A stretch of DNA of 63,546 nucleotides, filler included, from Chiloscyllium plagiosum (Eukaryota): assembly GCF_004010195.1 (NCBI RefSeq). It is 4 parts of one record of this genome, joined end to end, with 100 filler letters (N's around TTAATTAATTAA, not from the genome) between each part and the next. Parts side by side here need not be neighbours in the genome. Positions count along the whole stretch, not along the records: positions 41,332 to 63,546 come from NC_057710.1; 3 more parts are not named here. One strand, written 5' to 3'. The notes beneath the pieces were generated by a model that was given only the letters and a program-made list of their open reading frames with translations, made no database searches and had not been told where the DNA came from. A program made the position numbers and the translations under genes. How positions within the stretch are numbered: the stretch's first letter is position 1; each line of letters starts with the position of its first letter. Positions 50,013 to 61,754 of this stretch are shown here, piece after piece.

Positions 50013-50808
50013 AAAGTGGTTTTATCAAGTGGCAGAGGAGAATTGAGGGGCTTCTACTCCAGCTCAATTCGTATGTTTGTTGATATCTTGATTTTTAATG
50101 AAAGATCCAGTGAAATGTCAACATTCCACAGAAAGAGTTTAGAAACATGGGAGGCCACTTGCAGAATTTGGAAATTTTACTGGATCAAAATATTATAAAA
50201 AGTTTATTACTCTTCTTCCCATTTAAACCTTAAAGTAACCCATTACTGTACTATAAAAGCAATTTGTTCACTCAGTTTGCCAACTAAACAAAATACTTGT
50301 TTACTGTACAGTGAAGAATTAATTTATATAAAGTACTTGTTTCCAAAGAACTTTCTGATTCCACCATTACACTGTGAATATTTGAAGCAGTGAAATAGTC
50401 TAAAAGGTGAAAAAGATGCAATCAACTGGATAACATTGTTTCTTTTAGAATTTTATCTTAATAAAGGAGTAAAGACATAATTACTCAGTCTTAAACCAAC
50501 AAGAAAGCAGTTACAAACCATATTTCTACACATCACTTTCTCTGCGTCCAGACTTTTTGGTATGGATCGATATTGGAAATGACATATTTTTCTCATTACA
50601 ATGAAGATTATCAAGACTTCAGTTTTGAATAATACATCAACTGTGTAGAAGGGTCATTGATATCATTTTTAACTATGTACTAAGAAAATTCAAAAATAAC
50701 TTAGCAGTCAACAAAGTATATTTTGAGATGCTCTAAGCACCAAATTAGCACCAGCAAACTGACCTATTACATAAACTACAGGTAAAACATCTTGAGTCTA
50801 TAATATAT

Positions 50809-51998
50809 GTGATCTATATGGACCTCAGTAAGGCGTTTGACAAGGTCCCCCATGGGAGACTGATTAGCAAGGTTAGATCTCATGGAATACAGGGAGAACT
50901 AGCCATTTGGATACAGAACTGGCTCAAAAGTAGAAGACAGAGGGTGGTGGTGGAGGGTTGTTTTTCAGACTGGAGGCCTGTGACCAGTGGAGTGCCATAA
51001 GGATCAGTGCTGGGTCCTCCACTTTTTGTCATTTACTAAATGATTTGGATGCGAGCATAAGAAGTACAGTTAGTAAGTTTGCAGATGACACCAAATTTGG
51101 AGGTGTAGTGGACTGCGAAGAGGGTTACCTCAGATTACAACAGGATCTGGACCAGATGGGCCAAAAGGCTGAGAAGTGGCAGATGGAGTTTAATTCAGAT
51201 AAATGTGAGGTGCTGCATTTTGGGAAAGCAAATCTTAGCAGGACTTATACACTTAGTGGTAAGATCCTAGGGAGTGTTGCTGAACAAAGATACCTTGGAG
51301 TGCAGGTTCATTGCTCCTTGAAAATGGAGTCGCAGCTAGATAGGATAGTGAAGAAGGTGTTTGGTATGCTTTCCTTTATTGGTCAGAGTATTGAGTACAG
51401 GAGTTGGGAGGTCATGTTGTGGCTGTACAGGACATTGGTTAGGCCACTGTTGGAATATTGCATGCAATTCTGGTCTCCTTCCTATCGGAAAGATGTTGTG
51501 AAACCTGAAAGGGTTCAGAAAAGATTTACGAGGATGTTGCCAGGGTTGGAGGATTTGAACTATAGGGAGAGGCTGAACAGGCTGGGGCTGTTTTCCCTGG
51601 AGCGTCGGAGGCTGCAGGGTGACATCATAGAGGTTTACAAAAGTATGAGGGGCATGGATAGGGTAAACAGGCAAAGTCTTTTCCCTGGAGTTGGGGAATC
51701 CAGAACTAGAGAACATAGGTTTAGGGTGAGAGGGGAAAGATATAAAAGAGACCTACAGGGCAACTTTTTCACGGAGAGGGTGGTGCGTGTATGGAATGAG
51801 CTGCTAGAGGAAGTGGTGGAGGCTGGTACAATTGCAACATTTAAGAGGCATTTGGATGGGTATATGAATAGGAAGGGTTTGGAGGGATATGGGCCGGGTG
51901 CTGACAGGTGGGACTAGATTGGGTTGGGATATCTGGTTGGCATGGTCAGGTTGGACCGGAGGGTCTGTTTCCTTGTCGTACATCTCTATGACTCTATA
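50809..51998 (+). mobile_element. 5'-truncated young CR1/HER1-type LINE
   Basis: YMDLSKAFDKVPH, then a 319-aa frame with SKFADDTK..RPLLEYCMQFWSP, ending in a ctctatgactctat tail. Confidence 0.93.
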
Positions 51999-52076
51999 TA
52001 GGAAAGGAATTTGTTCATTTGACCCACCGTTGGATCGTGGCTGATATGGTTTTCAATTGCATCTTCCTACCTTCTC

Positions 52077-52810
52077 TGTTATGGACCAGGCCAGATCCCC
52101 TCAAAAAATTTCAAGAAGGTAGCCCAGACCCTAACTTTTTTAGTTGGTTTAGGCAAATGTAAGATGGGGTAATGCAACTGGTAAAACCACTTGGTTTCAA
52201 GTAAATAGAAGAATTTATTTAAACACCACTGGATGAAACACAAGCAAAACAAAACAGAATTTTGAATAACACCTCTTTGAAAACTTAACTAACACAATAA
52301 CACCGCAAATTATCAAAGGAACTGTTTCAATTTCTTGCAACATTCCCATAAATAAACCCCTTGGCAAAAAAAGCTAAATCCAAGCACAGGTTCTTACATT
52401 CTGGATTAGTCGTGCTGGAACAGCACAGCTGTTCAGACAGCATCCAAGGAGCAGCAAAATCGATGTTTCGGGCAAAAGCCCTTACAGGCAGGATAGATGT
52501 CAGAGAGAAGTTCAGGCAAGACCTTTTATCACTGAAGCTGTTTCTCTATTGACAGCAGTTTTCTGACCAATAGTTTTGGACAGACCGCTTGCTAAAGCCC
52601 CTGAGTTGAGAGAACTGGCAATTCCCTTTTAATTGTACAAGTGTTTTAAAAAATATCTAATAACCTGTTCCCTGATCGTCGCCTTAGGCAGTATCTATTA
52701 ACCATTAGTAAAGTCCCTAAACTAGACAAATCAGAACCTCTGCCATTTACAACCCTTCTTGAAAAAAACCAAGGACAACATCGCTTTGTTAAAGGAGCAG
52801 CATCATCACA
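52077..52810. mobile_element. Probable solo LTR inserted in a minus-strand CR1 3' fragment (about 52000-53055); contains a Penelope-type piece at about 52400-52483
   Basis: Starts TGTTA, ends TCACA and is flanked by a 4-bp duplication TCTC (52073-52076 and 52811-52814). The CR1-like sequence is continuous across it. Confidence 0.65.
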
Positions 52811-53057
52811 TCTCCTCACAAACCTTGATTAACTTATTAATCAAGCACCTATCTATTTCTGTCTTAAGTACATTCAATGACTTAGCCTCTATAGGCTTCT
52901 AAGACAATGAGTTCCACAGATTCATCACTCTCTGGCTTAAGAAATTCACCCTCACCTCAGTTCTAACAGGTCAGCCACTCGCTCTGAGGCTGTGCCCTCA
53001 GGTCCTAGTTCTCCCAGTAGTGGAAACATCTTCTCCATGTCTACTCTATCCAGGTGT

Positions 53058-53205
53058 CTTACAATTGTGTACTCCACAACCATCTGATGAAGGAGCAGCG
53101 CTCCAAAAGCTAGTGCTTCCAATTAAACCTGTTGGACTATAACCTGGTGTTGTGTGATTTTTAACTTTGTACACCCCAGTCCAACACTGGCATCTCCAAA
53201 TCATG
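53058..53205 (+). mobile_element. Penelope-type terminal repeat (family A) with a mutated hammerhead core (GAAA to AAAA)
   Basis: ctgatgaaggagcagcgctccaaaagctagtg...aacactggcatctccaaatc. Confidence 0.75.
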
Positions 53206-53485
53206 ACGACGATTCTAGATTGGTTTGTATGTCAAGCTGGGAGACAATGCAGGATAAGGGATAGCTGTGAAATGCCTACACCCCCAGGGAAATTCCAGAC
53301 TTTTTGGAAGCTTTTCTTAGCATGAATATATGATGTGATATTGAAATACGCCCTACCATTAATTATTTTCAATTTAAATGAATCCTCAAATGGAATGAAT
53401 TTTCATTTGTACGAGTTAGGGAGCTAAAGAGGTCATAGCTATCTTCTTACCATCTTTTCATTATCATTTTTAAAAATCTGGAATA

Positions 53486-54160
53486 TTGTCCTTCATTGCT
53501 AAAAGGATGGAATTTAAAAATAGAGAGGCTATGTTCAAGCTGTATAGGGTGCTGGTGAGGCCAAACCAAGATTACTGTGTACAATTTTGGTCTCCTTACT
53601 TGAGAAAGGATGTACTGGCACTGGAGGGGGTACAGGGGAGGTTCACCAGGTTGATTCTGGAATTGAGAGAGTTGGCCAATGAGGACAGATTGAGTAAACT
53701 GAGATTGTATTCAGTGGAAGTTAGAAGAATGAGGTATGATCATATAGAAATATATGAAATTATGAAGGGAATAGATAAGATAGAAGCAGGGAAGTTGTTT
53801 CCACTTGTGGATGAAACCAGCACTAGGGGGCATAGCCTCAAAATAAAGGGGAGCAGATTTAAATTGAAGAGGAACTTATTCACCCAAATGGTTGTGAATT
53901 TGTGGAATTGCCTGCCCAGTGAAGTAGTGAGACTACCTTATTAAATGTTTTTAAGGCAAAGATTGATTTTTACCTAGAGCACTATGTACTGGCACTGGAG
54001 GGGGTGCAGAGGAGGTTCACTAGCAGTAAAGGAATTAAGGGTTAGAGTGAGTAAGTGGGTAAGTGGAGCTGAATCCACAAAAGACCATGATCTTATTGAA
54101 TGGCGGAGCAGGATCGACTGGCTAGATGGCCTAGTCCTGCTCCTAGTTCTTATGTTCTTA
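53486..54160 (+). mobile_element. CR1 3' fragment
   Basis: ORF 53486-53944 (YCVQFWSPYLRKD..TRGHSLK). Confidence 0.88.
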
Positions 54161-54180
54161 TTCTTCATAAGCCATACCTG

Positions 54181-55970
54181 TTTTTCAGCAGCAGCAGCAA
54201 CTCAAAGGGCGGGAGCTTGGATCAGGGGCCTGCCAGGAGCGGTGAGTCACTGATTTGTGCTTTTAAATTTGAAGTCAGAGAGCAGAGGTTTCTGGGAAAG
54301 AAGGGACTTCTTATTTTTATTTCCATCCAGCTATATAAGTCAGTGTTTTCTCAACCCAAGACCTACCTTTGTAGGGCCTCCCACCCAACCACCTCCTCTA
54401 ACCTTAAAGACCAGGGACATATCAGGTAAGCGTCTCTTCTTTTTCACTTTGTGATAAGGGGACGAGCAGGGATGGCAGTGCAGGAGAGCAATATTCCTCC
54501 TGCATGATGTTTGAGGTAAGGGACGCCATTAATGTCTCATCCAAGTACATCTGCAGGAAGTGCACCCAACTCTTGCTCCTCCAAGACCGTGTTTGGGAAC
54601 TGGATCGGGAGCTGGATGAACTTCGGATCATTCGGGAGGCAGAGGCTGTGATAGATTAGAATTACAGGGAAGTAGTTACTCCTAGGCACGAAGAAAGCTG
54701 GGTGACTGTTCGAAGGGGGAAAAACAGTCAGTGGAAGGATCCCCTGTGGTTGTTCCCCCGAAAAACATGTATACCATTTTGAATACTGTTGAGGGAGATG
54801 ACTTACCAGGGGTATGCAGTGGGGCCCAGGTCTCTGGCACAGAGCCTGTCCCTGTTGCACAGAAGAGAAGGAGGGAAAGGAGGAGAGTCTTAGTCATTGG
54901 GGACTCAATAGTTAGAAGGTCTGATAGAAGGTTTGTTGGGAACGGATGAACAGGTGTTGCCTTTAGGGTCCTGAAGGGAGAGGGTGACCAGCCTCAAGTC
55001 GTTGTCCATGTAGGTACCAACGACATAGGTAGAAAGAGGGATAGCGATGTAAGGCAGGATTTCAGGGAGCTATTGTGTAAGCTGAGAGCTAGAACAAACA
55101 GAGTTGTTATCTCTGGTTTGTTAACCGTGCCACGTGATAGTGAGGCAAGGAATAGGAAGAGATATCAGCTGAACACGTGGCTGCAAGGATGGTGCAGGAG
55201 GGAGGGTTTCGTGTACTTGGATAATTGGGGCTCATTCTGGGGAAGGTGGGACTTGTACAAACAGGACGGTCTTCACTTGAACTAGAGCAGTACTAATATC
55301 CTGGGTGGGAAATTTGCTGGTGCTATTAGGGTGGGTTTAAACTAGCTCAGCAGGGAGAATGGAACCGGAGGTGTAGTTGCAGTGCACAGGAGGATGAGAG
55401 TAGGAAGAACAGGGTCGGGATTTCAGGCTCACAGAGATGTGATGGCAGATGGCGAAGTGGTTTGAAGTGTGTTTACTTCAACACCAGAAGCATCCGAAAT
55501 AAGGTAGGTGAGCTTGCAACTTGGATAAGTGCCTGGGACTTCGATGTTGTGGCCATTTCAGAGACATGGATAGAGCAGGGTGAGGAATGTCTGTTGCAGA
55601 TTCCAGGGTTTAGATCTTTCATAAAAAACAGGCAAGGCGATAAAAGAGGGGGAGGTGTGGCCTTGTTAGTCAAAGATAGTATAACGGTGGCTGAGAGAAG
55701 TTTTGATGAGGACTCGTCTACTGAGGTAGTGTGGGCTGAGGTTAGAAACAGGAGAGGAGAGGTCACACTTCTTGGTGTTTTTTATAGGCCTCTGCAGAGT
55801 TCCAGGATTGGCAAAATTATTCTGGGTAGGAGTGAAAGGAACAGGGTGGTCATTAAGAACATGGATGATTTTGGGATAGTGTAGGGGGACGAGCTGAAAA
55901 TAGTTCACAGATCGGTGCAACATCGAGGGCCGAAGGGCCTGTTCTGCGCTGTATTGTTCTATGTTCTATA
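54181..55970 (+). mobile_element. Internally deleted CR1 (5' UTR, ORF1, start of the endonuclease, then directly the 3' UTR and tail)
   Basis: ORF1 has VIGDSIVR, HVGTND and DGLHLN. The APE (CVYFNTRSI..VFYRP) ends at about 55853, where the sequence switches to the 3' end also seen at 44588-44709. Confidence 0.85.
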
Positions 55971-56749
55971 TTCTATTACTTAATAACCCATTTCCTAATT
56001 CATTATCCATACCTGACTCTTCTTAGCCTTACCCCACCTTCCCCACTACCCTCCAAGATTTTTTGATCTGCTGTGCATTCCTAATTTTAATTATTGGACC
56101 AAGTCTGTATTCATCTTTGGTCATGTCTTTATGCGGCTGGGTACCATACTTGGTTTTCTGGTGCTCCTGTGACATAACGTTTGGGCTTTTTATTATATTT
56201 AAAGGTGTTTTCTGAATGTAAAGATGCCTTTGATAATATTTCATCCATTGGGGATTTATATCATGATGGTTATTGGTTATAATATATGCACCTAATGCAG
56301 TTTGTTCAAAGGAAGTAATTATTGCAGTACTTTCGATCTTGAAGGCATGGATTCAAGTCCCTCCAGAGGTGTGTAATAACATCTCTGAACAGGTTGATTA
56401 GAAAATAGTTTAAAATATTTGTTGGGGGTTGCTTTTTTACAGAATTGCAGGTGGCACAGAATGAGTTCTCTTTTGCATTTGCAGAACACAGCTGCTGCTT
56501 TGTCATGTGTCTGTGGGATTGAATGCGGTGAGAACTATGTCGGGTGCACTTTGTCAGACTGCACTCAGTGCCTGGAGTAGAGTTTTCTCAGAAATTCAAT
56601 TCGGCAGTAAAATGCTCTCAGTGCCATCCAATACATTTTGTGGAAGCTGCAATTCAGGAATTACAAATTCGTACAAATTTTTAAAAAATCAATATTTGTA
56701 GATGTACACTGGTTTTTAAAAAAAAGTGGAGTTTTTTGTCTGTTTAATC

Positions 56750-57095
56750 GTGGTGTTCGCAATCACACTTGCGTCTGAAAGTTGTGGTTTCAACATAAAT
56801 TTCACGACTTTTGAACATTTAATCCAGTCTGGGAGTTCAGTGCAGTGCCCGGTGCTGCGCTGCAGGGGGAGCCATTCTTTGGCGGCGACGTTCAACCAAA
56901 GTCCCCTTGTGCCTATTCAATGAAACATTGGGGAAGTCACCTGCAGTGACCTGACCCCAACCACAAACCTATCTGCTGTCTCCTTTTAGTACGGTGGGAG
57001 TTTGTTGTGTGCAAATTTGCTGCCACTCGTCCCTGCAGCACAGCATTGTCTGCAGTCCTTTGGGGCGCTATACAAATTCAAGTTCTTTTTCTTTC
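56750..57095 (+). mobile_element. Ancient DeuSINE-like (SacSINE1/AmnSINE1-type) remnant
   Basis: gtgggagtttgttgtgtgcaaatttgctgcc and the tail ggcgctatacaaattcaagttctttttc resemble the Deu-domain SINE consensus as I recall it. Confidence 0.5.
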
Positions 57096-58199
57096 AAATG
57101 CAATTTGTTGAAATGAATTAAATGAACAGGGTCAGGAAGGACTAACTCGGAATCGGCTGTGCCCAACCACATCATTGCAACTGGAAATCAAATGCAAGGG
57201 ATGGGAGGGACTCTGCAACTCGCACCCCCTTGAATACATCTTGAACCCCAACCCGAACAGTCACCCTTAATTCTGCATTCGCCCTCTGTGTGTGTGTGTG
57301 TGAAATGTTTCTCGCTCGTCAATGTTTCCTTAAGCAGTTTTCGATTTGCATCATAATCCTTATCTCTTAGAGGTTTCCAATGCCCAGAGTTGGTCAGAGT
57401 GAGATCATAGAGGCCTCCTCATTGTGCAGTACCGGCTCTCCTGCGGGGAAGCCCCAACAAAACCAGCGGGTACAAGATATGGTCGTTATCTACCCATCCT
57501 GCTGGAAATGCTGGCCCTACATGTCTTCGATGGGCTGAATGGCCCGCTGTAGGGATTCTATGATTCCATATATAGTTCTTTAGTTTTATTTCAAGTGGCT
57601 CCATTCCCGATCCTTAATCTACTATTTTCTCTTTACAGATGTTACTGTTGTGCAGTACATTCCCAACATTTTCTTTTTATTTGATATCAAATATCCTGTA
57701 TTGACATCTAATGTCGTCTGTCCAATTGAATAAAATAACCTACCTTTAAAAAAAGTTGCATTTATATAACCTGGAAGATTTTACAGACAATGAAGTTCTT
57801 TCCAGGTGTAGATGTCATCATTGTCACGTAGGAAATGTGGTCCAGACCAACAAACATATAATTCAGAAGGAGCTGTCGGCTATTGGGCCCCTCAAGTTTG
57901 CTCCACTGTTCAATAAGACCTTGGGTGATCTGATTACTCAACATTCCCACCTATTCCTCATAGCCTTTCATCTCCTTTACTGATCAGAAATCTATCTACC
58001 TCTAGCTTAATAATGTTCAATGACTCTGCTATCACCACCTTCTGAGAAAGGGAGTTCTAAAGTCTCAAGATGTTCTATGATTAAAAAAAACTCTATTTTA
58101 AATGGGTAACCTATTTTTAACCCTTCATTCTAGATTCTCTAAAAATAAGAAGTAGACAGTTTGGGATTTAAACTGGGAAGGTTTTCATTAGTACATTTG

Positions 58200-58678
58200 A
58201 TTGGATTAGATTCCCTGCAGTATAGCAATAGGCCCATTTGGCCCAACAAGTCCACACCAACCCTCCAAAGAGTAACCCACCCAGACCCATTCTTCTACCC
58301 TATATTTACCCCTGACTTATGCACCTAACACTATGGGCAATTTAGCATGGCCAATTCACCCTACCTGCACATCTTTGGACTGTGGGAGGAAATTGGAGCA
58401 CCCGGAGGAAACCCACGCAGACTTGGGGAGAATGTGCAAACTCCACACAGACAGTCACCCGAGGCGGGAATTCAACTGGTGCTGTGAGGTAGCAGTGCTA
58501 ACTACTGAGCCACTGTGCCACCACATTGTCCAGGGATGTGTAGGTTAGGTGGATTAGTCATGGGATATGCAGGGTTAGCCGGTAGGGTGGGAGGGGTGAA
58601 TGTGGATGGGATGTTTTTCGGAGGGTTGGTGTGGACTCAATGGGCCACATGGCCTGCTTCCACAGAGTAGGGATTCTA
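58200..58678. mobile_element. HE1-type V-SINE (-, 58200-58523) followed by a SINE 3' half (+, 58525-58678)
   Basis: Reverse-complement head, V-domain and tail, then gttaggtggatt..tggactcaatgggcc..ttccacag. Confidence 0.85.
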
Positions 58679-59647
58679 CGAGGTGATTGATAAATGTGTT
58701 TAAATGAAAATGAAAGCAGACTCAATAGAAACAAACAATGGAAATTGTGTGGTCGAGAACAAGGCTCAGATATGAAACGGAACAGGCCAGAGTGAAGACA
58801 CAGAGCACAAGTTGTTGTAAGACTGTGGAAAGTACAATAGTTAGGAATTGAATCAAAGACAATTAAGAATAGATTTAGACATGTGGATGAAAGAAAGGAG
58901 CCTCAAGTGATAAAACAATTACAGGTACAACTAATTGGTTTGCTCCAGAAGTTGGTACAATGATAGATTAAATGGTCTTTTTTTATATATGAATCTGTGA
59001 TTTAAGAACAGGATAGACAAAGGATTAATACAATTACTTATGTGGAAGATAAGCAGCAACATTACCCGAGTGGTAAGGGCTGTTTTGCAGTTCTACTTTC
59101 TCTAAGTCTATGGGTGATTGAAGCAGTAAAGGGCAACATAATTTAAGTAGATATTTCCTGCTGTAGTGTGGACGAAAACTGATCTGATATCGAACGTCGT
59201 ACTTTATCATAACATTGATCTGCCTTTTCATGCAAATAGTTGTAGGATTATGAAGATTAACTCATCCACACTAGGATGTGCTCACGTTAGTTCCAACAGA
59301 GCCTTAAATCGACCTCTGAGGCTGTTTAAAATGAATTGTATTTTAAATTTGTTTGGTGTTTAAATACTGATTAGAGTACAGCATAATAGTATTGCAGAAG
59401 CCTGGAGTAGTGATCCAGAGGTATGAGCTCAAAGATCATTATCGAAGCTGAGGACTTCAAATCCAATCAATTAAATACAATTAGGAATAAAAGACTTGTT
59501 ACAGTCATAGTAACTATCAAACCGCCAGATTGCCATAAAACATGACTTTATTCAATAGTGGCCTCCTGGAAAGGAAATCTGTCCTCTTTGCATCATCTGG
59601 TCTAGATGTGACTCCTGATCCACTGAAATGTGGTTAACTCTTAACTG

Positions 59648-61316
59648 GGAGAAAGTGAGGGTTGCAGATGTTGGAGCTCAGAGTTGAAGAATGTGGTGCT
59701 GGAAAGACACAGCTGGTCAGGCAGCATCCAAAGAGCAGGAGAATCAACATTTCAGACATAAGCCCTTCATCAGGAGTGAGGCTGTAGGCCAAGGGGGCTG
59801 AGGGAGGGGGAGTGGGGCTGGGGGGAAGGTAGCAGGGAATGCAATAGGTCGAGGATGCAAATTTGGGGGGTGAGGAGGGAGATGGACAGGTAGCGCCATT
59901 CAAGAGGGTGGTGCCAAGTTAGAAGGTTGTGACAAGGATAAAGTGGGGGAGGGAGGAATTGGGGAAACTGGTGAAATCCACATTGATACCAAGTGGTTGT
60001 AGGGTCCTAAGGTGGAAGATGAGGCTCTCTTCCTCCAGGCGTCAGGTGGTTAGTGAGTGGCGATGGAGGAGGTTCAGGAGGTACATCTTTGGTGGATTGG
60101 GAGGAGGAGAGTTAAAGTGTTCAGCCACAAGACAGTGTGGTTTGTGTCCCAGAGATGTTCTCTGAAACGATCAGCAAGTTGGCATCCTTTCTCCCCAATG
60201 TAGAGGAGACCACATCGGGTGCAATGGATACAGTAGATGACCCCACCATCAGACCTCACCTTCCACCTCATCAACCTCCAGATACATCACATCATTTTCC
60301 GCCATTTCCACCACCTACAAACAGACCCCATCACCATGGATATATTTCCCTCTCCATCCCTTTCTGCATTTCAGAGAGACCATTCCCTCCACGACCCCCT
60401 TGTCAGGTCCACACTCCACATCAACCAATCCTTCCCTCCCAGCACTTTCCCCTGCCATCGCAAGGAGTGCAAAACTTGCGTACACACCTCCCCCTCACCT
60501 ACATCCAAGGCCCCAAAAGATTCTTACACATCTGACAGAATAGGGTTGGATTGACAGGAGTCACATCTAGTCTAGATGATGCAAAAAGGACAGATTTTCT
60601 GCCCAGGAGGCCACTATTGAATAAAGTCATGTTTTATGGCAATTTGGTGGTTTCATGGTTACTATGACAGAAATGACAGAAACTTACTGTACTTCCACAC
60701 ATGTCACCTATTGCATCCATTGCACCCAGTGTGGTCTCCCCTACACTGGGGAGACAGGACGCCAATTTGCGGATTGTTTCAGAGAACATTTCTGGCACAC
60801 TCACACTGTCCAACCCCACCGCCCTGTGGTTGAACACTTTAACTTCCCTTCCCACTCCACCAAGAGCATGCAGGTCCTGGGCCTCCTCCATCACCAAACC
60901 CTAACCACCCAACGCCTGGAGGAAGAACACCTTATCTTCCCCCTTGGGATCCTCCAACCACGTGGGATCAATGTGGATTTCACCAGTTTCCCCATTCCAC
61001 CCCTCCCCCACCTTATCCCAGTTCCAACTCAGCACCGCCCTCTTGAACGGTCCTGCCTGTCCATCTTCCTTCCCACCTATCTGCTCCACTGTCCTCTCTG
61101 ACCAATCATCTTCACCCCACTCTTCATCTACCTATCACATTACCTGCTACCTTCCCTACAGCCCCACCCCTCACCCCCTCCCATTTATCTCATAGCCCCC
61201 TTGGCCCACAAGCCTCATTCCAGATGAAGGGCTTGTTTCTGATGAAACATCGATTCTCCTGCCCCTCGGATGCTGCCTGACTGGCTGTACTTTACCAGCA
61301 TCATACTCTTCAACTC
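59648..61316. mobile_element. Rearranged Penelope-like insertion (minus arm about 59648-60238; plus arm about 60240-61316) with a 14-bp target-site duplication
   Basis: GIY-YIG remnants lie on both strands (VIYCIHCTRCGLLYIGE; VTYCIHCTQCGLPYTGETGRQFADCFREH). Decayed hammerheads lie at both ends. The flanks are ttaactcttaactg (59634-59647) and ttaattcttaactg (61317-61330). Confidence 0.85.
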
Positions 61317-61330
61317 TTAATTCTTAACTG

Positions 61331-61750
61331 TCCTCTGAATTGCCCATAACAAACCGTTCAGTTCTTACAAAACCATTGCAAAAATCAATAAGAATGGAAG
61401 CAGACTGACCACCTAACACCAGCTGAGACATTCAACTTGCTAAAGGTATACCCACTCAGGAACCATTCAAAGTCCTCCTCATTAACGTCCATGGACTTGT
61501 ACCACAATTGAGAGAGCTATCCCGCAGACTAGTCAAGCACCTGCCAAAAACATAGTCATACTCTAAGAATCATGTCTTGCAATATTCCAATCAACATCCC
61601 AGGCTCCTTCATCATGATCCTTCTATATGTCTTGTCCAACAAATAGGACAGATTCAGCAGAGGTGGAACTGGTGCCTCAATATTGATTCCTGACCCCATG
61701 AACTTTCATGACATCATCTTACACATGAGCATGGACGTCTCCTGCTAATT
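61331..61750 (+). mobile_element. Older LINE 5' region with an endonuclease N-terminus remnant (continues about 59390-59647)
   Basis: From 61472 it reads VLLINVHGLVPQLRELSRRLVKHLP, and after a frameshift IVILxES, like the first APE motifs. Confidence 0.55.
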
Positions 61751-61754
61751 ACCT

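Noticed and set aside
50610..50680. Possible minus-strand terminal exon (YIVKNDINDPSTQLMYYSKLKS*) or C/D snoRNA
   Set aside because: It has no recognisable homology and no partner exons, and box C and the terminal stem are imperfect.
50958..51917. 319-aa ORF as a host gene or active reverse transcriptase
   Set aside because: It is the 3' part of a truncated CR1 ORF2, with a stop and frameshift at about 50998-51030 and no endonuclease.
57190..57604. Minus-strand frame open on both sides of a TGA at 57419-57421 (possible selenocysteine readthrough)
   Set aside because: It resembles no selenoprotein I know, I recognised no SECIS element, and the frame runs through a (CA)n tract and a repeat fragment. 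Chance is sufficient.
57752..57840. ATGATGA-containing segment on the minus strand as a snoRNA
   Set aside because: It is better explained as the decayed 3' tail of a DeuSINE-like repeat, and there is no well-placed box D.
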